A stretch of 63,572 nucleotides of DNA, counting the filler, from Choristocarpus tenellus KU-1152 (Eukaryota > Protista > Phaeophyceae), in NCBI GenBank assembly GCA_964200185.2. It is 9 parts of 9 records of this genome, joined end to end, with 100 filler letters (N's around TTAATTAATTAA, not from the genome) between each part and the next. Parts side by side here need not be neighbours in the genome. Positions count along the whole stretch, not along the records: positions 49,169 to 63,572 come from CAXNAD020001201.1; 8 more parts are not named here. One strand, given 5' to 3'. Position numbers and translations under genes: made by a program. Shown here piece after piece: positions 50,191 to 62,332 of the stretch. The stretch's first letter is position 1, and every line of letters starts with the position of its first letter. Under the pieces are notes generated by a model that searched no databases, was not told where the DNA came from, and saw only the letters and a list, made by a program, of their open reading frames with translations.

Positions 50191-53100
50191 ATGACGATGT
50201 ATAGACGAATAGCTGGAGTTGGGCTGGGAACTGCCGTAGCTTCTGCTAGTGCCGCTTTTTTTTACCGTCCCGACCCCAGCGAGAGCGATCTTTTGGATAA
50301 GCAGTCGTCTCTTAGCAGGAAACTCAAGTCCATTAAGGTGACCGATTGTTGACACTGTTATAACTGCATTGCCTTCCCCCTTCAGTCATTTTCCCTATAC
50401 ATTACCGAAAACTTTACCAATACGGATGAATTCATCGTGATACTCCATTTCTTTCGGTAGTCTAGGACTGAAAAAGTCCTGACGTTCGAATCAGGATACA
50501 TTGTTACAAATTCACCCTTTTCTGCTAACAGAACCTGGCCGAATATGCTGACGAGAAGGAACCCTTCCTGCTGGGGATGGCGCGTAGCTTTACCATCTGT
50601 CCCATAGGGATTATTAGCCGTGCCTTCATGTACGGATTAAATAGCACAGTTGTGGTGGAAGACGAGAGGCACTCTTTCCTGGTGGATCTTGTGCGGAACA
50701 GGCGAGACTCTATCTGATGCATGGGAAACCTGGGAGGTTAGACACATGAATCTTGGGAAAATGAATAATGAGATTTTATTGGTGGCTTGTCAGCCTATTA
50801 CACTAATGAAAAGGAAACTTCCGCCCTCAAGATAAGTGTTTTATCCTGGTAGAGAACCCGTTCGTATCCATGGTTCCTTTCGAGAACCCCCACCCTGCCC
50901 AAGCGCACAACACAAGAGCCCTCCTTCAGTGCATCAGTTCTTGTTTCGCTGGAGTGCATTTCTCTTGGCGCACTTAGCCTTACTGCTGAAAACATAACAT
51001 GCGTAAACTTTGCTCTCTGTTGTACTCGATGAATCTTAGACCCGACGGAGAACCTCTTCTAACGGTTGCGAATCATGCAAGCACGCTGGACGACCCTGCC
51101 CTATTTGCTGCCATGATGCCGTGGGATGTCACTCTCCGCCCAAGCAGAATGCGCTGGACGATTTGCAGCCAAGAAATTTGCTTCGAGACCGCAGCCATTG
51201 CCGCATTCTTCGGGTGTGGCAAGGCGAGACAACTAACTGAATCATCTGATGTCGCCCCCTTTCCTAATCCCCAAGCCTTTTTTTTCTACTGATTTTTGCA
51301 GCACATCCCATTTGTTCCTCGGGCACTGTCCTGTCAGCTAAACCCCCAGTCTCGCCTAATACACCATCGATTGGCCAGCTATTCCCATACGTGTTGTTGT
51401 CCATTGTCCAGATGTGCTTTGCGTGGCATACAATAGCTCATGGGTAATTGTTACCTCCTCCTTAGTATCAGGCATGTAACAGGATATGCAACACATTCTG
51501 GAGTAGGGACTGTTGCCACACCTCGAACAATTACCCTTATCAAGGATTTGTATTTTTGTTAGAGAAGAGAATGGTGAATAATTACACCCTGCACGCGTGA
51601 TAGCAGGTTTGATTCAGGTTCACCATGGCTCCCTAGTGAAACAACGGATTAAGTGAACAAAGGCTAATTGTTTGTAGCATCGAAAATAGCAACTTAAGTT
51701 TCCCAGTACTGTTTTCTTGTCATTGCCCTACCATGCTGACACCTACACATTATGCCACCCTTTTTTCTGCTGGTCTGATCAAAGCTTCGTTTGATTTATG
51801 CTGTCCAATGCCAAAACTCAAAACACCTTCCCAGGTGCTGCCAATCCATAGAGGGGGAGGGTTGGACCAAAAGCCTCTCCTGGACTTTGCGCGAAGACTT
51901 GCAGCAGGGGACTGGTGTCATGTGTTTCCCGAGGGCAAGACTGTCCAGGTACCACCTAATTTGTGTTGTGAAACTCTTTGATCTGTTGCTGAGATTACCC
52001 AAATATTTAGCTGTGGGAGATTCTCGCCTTTGAGCTCTTCCCTCTTGAACGTTGGAGGTCACTGCATTCAACACAAATGGTAGCAAGAGGTACCTATACA
52101 TTGTAGTCCCAATTTTGGTGTGAATTGCAGCTAAACAATATTTTGTGTGATAAACCTCTCCTTTATCCAACCTCTCCACCTGAATCAGCATGATCAATGC
52201 CCACACTATGGTTTGGACACTATTAATCCTATTTTGTCTCTTTCTTTGACCCTACAACCACCAATACTTCACCTCATACATTCAGTTGCTCACTATAAAT
52301 TGTGTTGTTGCTTTGTTGCAGTTCGTGACAAGATCCACTGGATCTCCTGCATAAGCGATTCTGCTTAATGTGTGGCCCCCATTTCATGCCAGCGATTAAC
52401 TTTCCAATCTCTGCCAAGCAACCACTATAATGTCTTGCGTACTTCGACAGACAGGCACTCTTGGTGGCCGATTGGATGAGGAAAAGGTAGCTAAGGTGGG
52501 CCGGCTGAAGTGGGGTGTGGGGAAGATGATCGCTCATGCACCCCGTCTTCCCACAGTGGTGCCCTTCTTTCACACAGGCATGCAGAACGTTGTAGCAGAG
52601 GACCCTGTATCAAAAGATGTTCTCCCGGTGAGAGGACAGAGAAATAAAGAGAGAAATATTTGAAGATGGGTTGAACTTGACTTCTTTCTTGTAGTCTGTT
52701 TCATATCTTGTAGTCTACTCTGTTGTGGCAAGCTAGTTTTACCCTTAGTTGTACCAAGTTGTATGTGTATATTTATTGCAATGTCTCATTTAATTTTTCT
52801 CTGACCTCTCTTAATGAGAGGGATTGGTTCTTACTGGTTTCATTGTCCATTTTGATTGATGGAATTGTGTGTTCTCTGGATATTCTTTTGCTCTGCCCTT
52901 GTCCTTCTGATATCATCCTTCTGCTGTAGGCACTCTGGGAAGTATACATGCTGTCTAACCACCAAATAGTATGGAAAGAAAGATATCCCTACCTCAATGC
53001 CCCCACTCCCACCACATACTATCTTGGCTCATTAAAAACATTTTGGCACCTTGCCTGTGCTCTGCTCTCCTTACTTGATCATTTACCCACCTACCCCAAC

Positions 53101-53819
53101 CCCTTGCCAATAATACTCAACCCCCTGTCCCCACTACCTTTGCCTCCCACTGTCAAGACACAACCAAGGTTCCAGAAGAAACTCACTATACGGGTGGGGG
53201 ACCCAGTCCCTGTGTTGGACCTGATTGAGGCTCATGAGAAGAAGTATGGGCCATTATGGAAATATGGGTCGAATGCAACAAGATCAAGTAACACCACCTC
53301 TTCCACCACTGTTGGAACCAAACCTGACCAGTGGGTAGAAGGCTGTGAAGTCGACGAATGGAAAGAGGTGACAAGAGAATTGAGTAACTCAGCAAGGTTG
53401 GATAAAGTTTGGAGTGGTATTTGTAAACTGACAGCACTGCAGGAAGCACTTAACTTGCCTCAAGAATACGATGTAACAGCTTCCTGCTAGTCTGCCTTAC
53501 GTTTTGACTAGATCAATACCATTCGTAAGTCTGGGCAACCCACCCACCCCTTGGTTCCTCTTATTTCCATGCCCTGTTGTTGTGTGTTGATGTTTCCTAG
53601 ACATGGGAGTCTAGTACAGAACAGAGATCTTTGTATAGTGCCATTATGAGACGAATAGAGGCGGCTCTACTGGCACTGGAGAGTGAGGCTAGGTCTGAGC
53701 TCGGTGAAGACTACCCAGAGAGGCCACACCTAGTCAACAGTGGGGAGTACCTTGAATTGCTGGCCAGAGCTGGGCAAGCAGGTGGAGGAGACGGTGGCAC
53801 TGGCATTAGCCCCAAGTGA
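50191..53819 (+). CDS. TAZ: Tafazzin (cardiolipin transacylase, PlsC family)
   Basis: Exons 50191-50337, 50532-50701, 51040-51223, 51835-51948, 52451-52627, 53158-53367, 53601-53819. Motifs PLLTVANHASTLDDP, MRWT, FFGCGKVLPIHRGGG, WCHVFPEGK, RLKWGVGKMI, VVPFFHTGM. Introns 2 and 3 are GC-AG. Confidence 0.95.
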
Positions 53820-55505
53820 TCGTCCACAAATTATCATGTTGATCCCTATGTCTAGAGATTCGTTGTAGGTTTAAAAGTTAGATGACAAGAGGAAGAATCA
53901 AGGGATGTTTCAACATGAACATGAACGCTTTGCACCACACTGTTGCTGCATTAGAGTGTATCCTCTTACCAACTCTGATGGAGGTAGGGGAAAAGGGGTG
54001 CCACAGGAGGAATGCTTTTTTCTGAACTATCTCTGTGGAAAGTTATTACCTGCTCAGACAAGGCTGTCAAATAATATGGCAGGTTCTCTCAGTCTGCCCT
54101 GTTGCTCCAAGTGAGTGACCTTAAAGAGGAGACCTCTTTATTGTGCGAAAGATTAATTCCCAGGGATCTTGGTGGAGTCATGAGGTACTCAATAAGTCAC
54201 AATTTTGATTAGGGATAAGGTAGGTAGGGAGATTGTTCTTACTAGATTCTGTGAAAAATGATACTTTCACATGACTGCTTCAAATTGCTTGATTTAAGGA
54301 AGTGATTTGACACCGGTGGAGTGGGAAGTGAGTGCACTATTTCGCCTTGTGCATGGTGACCCTTCTGAAAGTTGTGCTTGTAGGGTATGTTTCTGAACCC
54401 TGCTCACTCTGACATGAGAATTTACAAAAGAGAATAGCTGAACAGTTTTAAGATTCATGGCCTGGGCTGAAGATTTTTTCTATTTTTCAAGCAGATTTTA
54501 ATAATTTCAGGAGTGCACTTTTGAGGACCTACAGTATGATGTATCTTTCCCATACCACGACAAAACTGCCATCACGCACATTCTTAAGCAGACTGCAAAC
54601 CCAACTCAACCACAACCAACAAAATGCTCTCTCTAGCAATTAGTTTGACAGCACTAAATGTGGCAAATCTCCCCACTGCCCACATAGAGATAGTGAAGGG
54701 TAGATTTCATACAAAGACTGGTCTCCGGAGGGGAAAGTTACTGAGTGACAACTTGGACCTTTATTCTGGTAACACTTTGACCTTGCAAGAAGAATATAGG
54801 GCCTAAGAATGACTTACATGATATGTACATAGCTAAGATCGTATTCAGTCCAATTAGTGTCAAAAGCACTCCGCAGGAATTTTCACTTGGAACAAGAAGA
54901 CAGGAATGAGGTAGGATTGTCTTCACACAAACTATCAACACTCTTAGAGCAACCTGTGCCTACCATATACAATACTAATGGTGGTCTATGTAAAGAACAA
55001 TGGGTATGAGTTCTTCTACATCCTTCGGACGAGTCCCCTCTTGAAACCTGGAATTGAATATGAAAATCTGTAATCTCAACCTAGACTTGAAGTTCAGTGT
55101 TGGAGCACTGTTTTGAGTTTGAATTGATGGCATTTATGTTAGCTATGAAGTCTTTTTGTGAAAAAGTCACGCACATGGAGATGAAGTATAAGCGACAGAT
55201 AGTTCACTTTGCCAATTCAGTTGTCGGGATCATCATTGATTGGTTTATACAAAAGAGAAGAGTGAGCAATCAGAAAAAATATCGTGGTGCAAACTCTCCA
55301 ATAGGTACATCACAAACAGTTTGAGCTCCATAGGCAACCAAGATAACACTGTCCTTCCCTAGCAGCGCAATGTCTTGAAAAAAAAAGCCATCCTTGAACC
55401 TCAGCCACCATTGCAGCACAACACGCATATAGATATCTTCTGGAGTACCTCAGTGCCCCCACCGTGGATCCGTGGATCCTTGCCATTCTCACCAAGTTTT
55501 TTGTG

Positions 55506-58500
55506 TCAGTAAGATGAGTATCCTCGTTGCCCCCTACCAAAAATGACTGAGGTTGCACTGCTTCCTACAAAACCAACCCCTGCTAACGCAGCCCCCAAAG
55601 CTCCTGCCATCAAGGCCACCCTTGGACCAGCTGTCATTGTTGATAGCAGGATTCAGGTTAGTGTAGCTAGGTGCAATACTAGTGTCATGGTCAGGTTGTG
55701 AAGAGGAATAGCACAACAGTTTAATTTTGGAACAAAGAGTCCTTCCTAGGGGTTGTGAATGAGGTGGGGGAAGGGGGTCTGTAACAGAGAAGAGGTAGTG
55801 TGTGTCAAATGAGATAGGCTGTCTCAAGATTTTGCTTCTTCATATGTGGGAAAAAAATTCGAAGTATGCAGATCGAGTTGATTTGATGTTAGGATTTTAT
55901 TTTGGACTGATTTGATTCTCACTGCATAGTCAGAGCAGGGGAGTGTGTCAAGGCTATGCTCGACCATTTGTGAGAGCAAAAGATTCAAAGTGATATTTAG
56001 GGTTAGGGTATTTGACCAGAAGAAATTGGTGGAATGTTAGAGTCGGAGTGCTTCTGACTTGTTCTAGAGAACTGTCAAGTCATTTGGTATTATGAGTCAT
56101 TTACTGCAAGGTTTGGTGAGCCCCATCTGGTCATGGTGTCTCACTCTTTTCTCAACCCTGATAAAGCCAATAAACAATAATATAACAACTGATTGTGTGG
56201 GACAACAGATCGTCAAGGACAGCTCAACATGCTGTCAAGGAGCAATTGATGATGACAAGTATTTCTTGTCTTGCAGGATCTCAATGGGATCACCACATGT
56301 CCATCCACCGAATGAATATGCACGCCAAAATTTGCCACACATAGAACTATACAAAACAAAGTTATAAACTCTTGAGCACTTCAGCCAAAAGACCATGATC
56401 AAGTTACAACACATGCAACAGATCGATTCATTCTATTCACGAACACACCAACAAACATGAATAATTTCATTTTCAAGCCTAAAAGTCGTTACTTTACCCT
56501 ATAGTTCATTCCTTCAACCAGATATGTGACAGAGTCGTGATAACATCCTTACCAGTGCTCTTATACAAGATTCCAGTGGACAAGGTCGCAAGGAATGGAT
56601 TCGTATATTGGTAGCCCCCGAGGTACTGGTCTATCTCCATATGGTCAAAAACAGCCTCGAAACTTGTGCACATCATTCCTGTGAGGAAGCAATGGCAAGG
56701 TTGGAGTGGGGGGAACAGCACAGATGGGAGAAAATTCATTATTTGAGCCCCTGCTCCTTAGGGCAACATGAATACAAGCGGCAGCTTGGCACAAACACTA
56801 TGAATGTTGAAGGTTATAGGAGGGCGAGGAGTGAAAATTGGGAGCAGTGGCAGTTGAGAGGCTTGCCTAGGACACCAAGAGCATTTCCAAGACGAGAGCC
56901 CCGCTTTCCGCATGCATTCATGATGCTGTTCACCAGCACCCGTGGCTTTCGGTTTGCTGCCCCTTGGTAACCCTCTATAAACCCAAGCACTCCCCCGTTG
57001 CCAATGCCTGTAGAGAATTAGAAACGTTGGGGCAGGAGGGTAAAATGAATGGTGTCAGACCCTGACACATGTTCATTATGAGGGAATGCTATACTTCTGT
57101 TGCAGTAGAAATAGCAACTACCTACAGGAGTGGGAAAAATTGCCATTTCTTCCCAACAAGTTGACCTAAATGGACATATTTCATCTTTGTTATGTAGAGT
57201 TGATGGAAACACACAGCAACACCCTACACGGAGTATTACGAGTATGAATGCAGAGCCGGTTTAGATGTAAGTAAATCCAATCATTATTCACCACTCCCTT
57301 CTCTCCCCATGCCATATCTTCAAGGATACTTCAGTTCCACCCTTGCCCTCTGTGCAACCTTACCCATGAGGTAGCACAAGCCAGCATTGGAGGGTATCTT
57401 CTCATACCACTCTCTTCCCTTGATGTTGTAGTTAAGGTACTCTGGCGCCTTCCCTGGCTAAGGGTGTATAGTCAATAGAGCAGGATGTTTGCTATCAAAA
57501 TGTGAGGATTGACTGGTACAACATGAAAACTACGAAATACAATATGGACACACAGTGGCAAACAGTGCTTCACAGGGCAAGAAAGAAGAATAACCTTGCT
57601 ATAGTTGCCAATGAAGATAAGACACAACGAAACGTTCGCGAGAAGCATGCTACCTGCAAGCACACTTTATGTGAAGGAAAAGGTTGAGCTCCATCAACTG
57701 AGGTTGCAGAGGGTTCTATTGAGGCGTGAAGATACCTGAGGTGCACAAGATGCATTGTAATGCAATCGTAACATGACAGCAAAGTAGCTTGTCCCCTAAG
57801 CACTACTGAACGGAAACTCAACCTCTATCGAAAAAAAAATTGGCCCTTGCCCCATTCCAAGGGGTGTAATTTTTCCAACTTGAGTCAAGTACAAATCAAA
57901 CACACAAGGGACTTGTATAAGAATGGTTTTGAGTGGTTCTTCCATCCTCCCCGCCTCATATGCGACTCCAATACTTGGGGGTTATATGTAACAGCAGTAG
58001 TCTCATGGAACAGACTATTTGAAACCCTCAACATCTATCACAGGCTTATGCACAGCATATTTCTTGGTGGCATAGTCCGCCTTCCTATTCTTGCTGTGTA
58101 TCAAAAGTTTGTCTAGCACTCGGCATTTGATTGCACTTCTGCGCCTCGCTGACTACACTTATCAAATGCAAAGAATTCTGACTGAGACAAGCGACACAGA
58201 TATCATAGGGCATAACAACAAAAAAAGGCGTACATTGCTTCTTCCTATTCTATGATGGTCCTTGGCCTTCCTCTCGCAAAAAATATCTTAGAGTACCTGA
58301 AGCACACAAAGCGCGTAGATAGCAAGGAAACGTAGGGGAAGAGCAGTTGAACCATTGGACAAAAAACTAACCTGGCCACCTCCATATATTTTTCCGAGGT
58401 CTATGTTAGTGTTGAGCTGGGGCATACGAAGTGGTCCATATTTGGCGCTGGCATCGCTGTATGGGTCACCACCCCCTCCGCCTGCACTCTTCTCTGTGGT

Positions 58501-58924
58501 CACAAGGGTCGGTGAGCAAAGGAGGAGGTAGTCCATGGGGTCACAATGAATCGCGGGTTGCCCAGGATTTTCATCTTGTAACATTCAACGGATGCATTGA
58601 ACATGGAGGGGATGTTGGGACTTGAGGAAGAGAAGAACCAAATCGATATAACGCTTCGATATCAATTGGTATTTCCCCAAGATCTATGTATACCAACAAG
58701 AGGGTGGAATTTCATTCTAGTGCATGACAATCGTGAATTCCTGTTCAGACTACATCCCACCACAGGAGTCCCACCATCGAGGCAACCTAGACCAAAATAA
58801 CGACTGCATCAGAGTAGAATGTCATTCCCTTGTTGTCTCTCTTTCCTAAAGCCTTACATAATTCCTACTATAATGAAAGCAACATGAAGCGATTCAGTGA
58901 TTCCCTCCACTTACCATCAGCCAT
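55506..58924 (-). CDS. TIM23: Mitochondrial inner-membrane translocase TIM23 (Tim17/22/23 family)
   Basis: Exons 58915-58924, 58372-58493, 57364-57457, 56867-57007, 56553-56678, 55506-55630. Motifs GREWYEKIPSNAGLCYLMG, LVNSIMNACGKRGSRLGNALGVL, TGILYKSTAGPR. Intron 56679-56866 is GC-AG. Confidence 0.9.
56035..56233 (+). mobile_element. LTR-like copy related to the copia 5' LTR, inside a TIM23 intron
   Basis: GGTGAGCCCCA...CTCACTCT..TCTCAAC...AACTGATTGTGTGGGACAACAGATCGTCAAGG.CAGCT.AACATGCT is shared with 45849-45962. Confidence 0.8.
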
Positions 58925-59051
58925 ATCAGTTCAAAGGTCGACCTTGTGTATGACCTACTTATTGGTTGAGAACAACGATCCTGTTTTGATAAAACCTGTA
59001 TGGCTGTTTATCACGAAGAAATGATGTACAACAGTTACTACTATCAATACA

Positions 59052-59087
<36 letters not shown>
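59052..59087. repeat. (TAC)n microsatellite
   Basis: Read directly from the sequence. Confidence 0.9.
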
Positions 59088-59349
59088 CATTACTCCACCT
59101 TCTCAAAGAATAATTGTGACGATGTGTGTTAACTCCCTAAAATGATACCCGCCTACATCACGAATGAGAGGGGGGGGGGTTCTCGCCAACGTGTTCCTCG
59201 TGAAAAGTAGACAATGGTCAAAACGTAGAGTCCTTCTATCCGGTATACTGTGGAGTAGTCGATACAGTCTGATAGGTGAACACGACATGTTACGATGTAC
59301 TGACAGTGTCTTTCACAACGAAAGTGGCTCTCTCAAAACGTGCCATGCC

Positions 59350-59811
59350 TTTTAAGCTGGATGCATCAGGGAGATAGGCAAGGAGGGGCCTGTCAGACTC
59401 TTCGGATACTTCCCTGACTCTTCGCCTTGTAGTGTAGGGCTGACATAACATTGAAATTACGAGCTTTTACGGGAGTGGTGTAGTATAGTTGGTAGTCAAA
59501 TAGTACATAGATTTTGGAGAGATATCTTTCACATTTTCGACAAGTGTTGACTCAAAGTATCTGGGAGGGGGTGGCGGCTGTCCATACGGGGCCCTTTTTT
59601 CCATGTCGCAATTTTTGGGCGATTTGGTTGCATGCATCGTATGGATAATGTAAGCCCACTTCTCCTGGTCAGTCAGGTCCCGAAAGGACACCCTGGTGTA
59701 GACCCTTACCCCCCCCCAGATACTTTGAGCCGTTACTTTTTTAGGGGTCCTTGTGATATTGAATTGACTGTTCCCCCGACACATCTGCAAAATATCAGTG
59801 GGCATATAATA
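59350..59811 (-). repeat. Bipartite repeat copy interrupted by a MITE B
   Basis: Module X (reverse complement) at 59350-59480 and module Y (reverse complement) at 59770-59811. Confidence 0.7.
59549..59731. mobile_element. MITE family B copy with 3-bp TSD (GTT)
   Basis: gtt|GACTCAAAGTATCTGGG...CCCAGATACTTTGAGCC|gtt. Confidence 0.87.
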
Positions 59812-62075
59812 TGTACTGACACCTACCTATGTTTACATTACGACTTCGTCCCTCCATTAGTCCGACAACTTTTTTGTACCTAGTGAATGTATATATTGTC
59901 ATGGTGATTCTAAAAACATGATGTTTGATTTTTTTCAAACATGACAAGCTGTCACACTTGGTAAAGTCTTAGTAGTGCTTTAGAGTACTACCTTGTAAAC
60001 TAACATCGTAGACAGACTATTTACACCTCCTCAATAAAATCGTGTTCTGAATGGTGTGAGTAGTAGGTATGGGAAGGACATTAGAGGGTGGTTAAACTCA
60101 TGAAAACAACCAATATTTATTTTACAATGATAAAAAAGAATAGAATTATGTGTAACTATATAAAACACTATTTTTATCATGTTTGAAGGCAGGCTTATTA
60201 ATAGTAATAGTCAATGTAGAACTCACCATCAGCATCTCACTCACTCGAAACCACAACACCAAGCAATACTTCAACTCCATCCAACCTTCCTCGTCCTCTC
60301 ATCCCAGCATACCTATGCGTTAATCTTTGGCTATCTGTGTTGGGTACGTCTGACTTTTTGTGACCCCTTGGAGATGACGAACCTGCTACTATGAGGATTG
60401 TTTCTAGTTTCGCTTTATCTCGTTTATTATATAGGATATGTGCATATGAAGTACTGTGTAGTACACAATACATCAGAACTTAATGGCAAGGTAGCTATCA
60501 TCATCATTATTGTGGTATTGTCAATTTGCTTCTCTCTGGAAATTGTGTGTTGCGTAATACTTTTTTTTTCAAATTGTGTATACTAGAATACTAAAATTCT
60601 CTAGAGTGTACATATTTTCAGTGAGTGCAGTACACTGACAAGTTCATAGGCGATATTGCATCAACGCACGCAAGAAAGAATGACACCGTCAGAAGCAACT
60701 ACTTTACGATCCTGACCAATCATTATATTGCTGAACAATAAAATTGATTTGATCAAGGCGCCCGTAAACGAAACGATCACTACCACCACAAATCTATCGT
60801 GCAATCTCAACCAACCACTTCACACCTAACTGCGTAAAATATTACGCAATCTACCTGCCCACTGTATTACAATAACATCTCCATCCAGGACACATTCGTG
60901 GATACTTAATTTTAGAAAATATCCGACCCATGCTTCAATGCCTGTTGCACAAAAAGTACAATCCTTCCTCAATGATTCAAATTTCACCTTGCTACCTCAC
61001 TTTTATCACACCACAGATTGGTAGATACATGCAGGTGCATGTTGCTTCCATGACAATCGAGGATTGACCCATCTGGTATTTGATATCAGTCAGGTACGCT
61101 ACCCGAGGATTAAAGTGGCACTCTGTGTTGAAGGAGATAGATAGCATACTCGAGTATGTGTCGTTTCTTTTGTCTACACCAACCATTATCCATTCTTCTT
61201 TTATTGTAATTCCACTATCAGAAATCGGAAATGCATTTCGTACATCTTACACCCTGATCCATCACACCTTGCCATTTTATTATTTTTATTTCATATTAAA
61301 TTGCTTCAATAGCTATTTGCAAGTTACTTGCTACCTGCTTTCATGCTCTTCTCTTTTGAGCTACAAGGACTATCTTACTTAGCATGCATAAGTATGTAGC
61401 ATGTATTGCGTCACACACACTCACAAAATATTGAGTACATAAGCAAGAGTCATCCAAACACACACACACACAAAGTTGACAGACAACATTCGTTGAGGAA
61501 ATAAACTGGACACAATCATTGCTAGTTACAGTTGGTGTACTTGAAGGCCATTAAGTACAAGCAATACAGACAGAATCTGTTGCTGCTCTGTCTGTTGTAT
61601 TCTCTGTCTCTTTATACTGCTTCCTGTCCCCCCCATGACAACATCATCTACGGAATAAGCACCAGCGATAGTTTGTTGTAGGAGTAACAACATTGAAAAC
61701 CACATTTTTTTCTTCCGATAAGTAGAAGAGGAGCAACATAAGGGCGAAGAAAACAGAGATTTTCAAAAGAAAGACATGTGCAGATTGAAACTCAAAGATT
61801 CTTCGTTTCTCACATCCTCTTGGTGCATTCATTTTGAATTTATTTAAGGGATATGGGGAAGCCACCATCCCTGCTTCCTACACAATGGAGTACCACAGCA
61901 GTTTGTGGGGAAATGGAATAACGTACAGACAGTAGTAGTTAAACTGGATAATTAAATGTTCAGTAAATGTAAGTAGCACTCGTTTTTGAAGGAGTGTGGT
62001 ATGGCCACAACTTGTAAAACTATCTTCTACACAAACTCCATTGATCTCTCACGGAAGGCAAAACAATGCAAAACT

Positions 62076-62332
62076 GAGTAAAAGTATCTTAGAGGGTACG
62101 AGTTTTGCCCTGTTTGTCCATTTGGAGCTCGGCTTCCCATGGTGTTTTTTATGACATTTTTCTACTCCCAAATATTTCGGAGTAGGTAAAATGTGTATGT
62201 TATGAAAGGTGTGTCCGGAACAAGGATGTTGACACTTCCTAACAAACACGATAGTCAAAATTACATCGAAATGGCAAACTGGATTATGGCCCCCAAATGG
62301 ACGCGGCTCTACCCTCTAAGATACTTTGGCTC
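62076..62332. mobile_element. MITE family A, full copy
   Basis: GAGTAAAAGTATCTTAGAGGGTA...TACCCTCTAAGATACTTTGGCTC. Confidence 0.87.

Noticed and set aside
22793-55508. Genome-wide TGA reassignment
   Set aside because: TAZ and TIM23 appear to end on TGA, and conserved Trp residues use TGG throughout.
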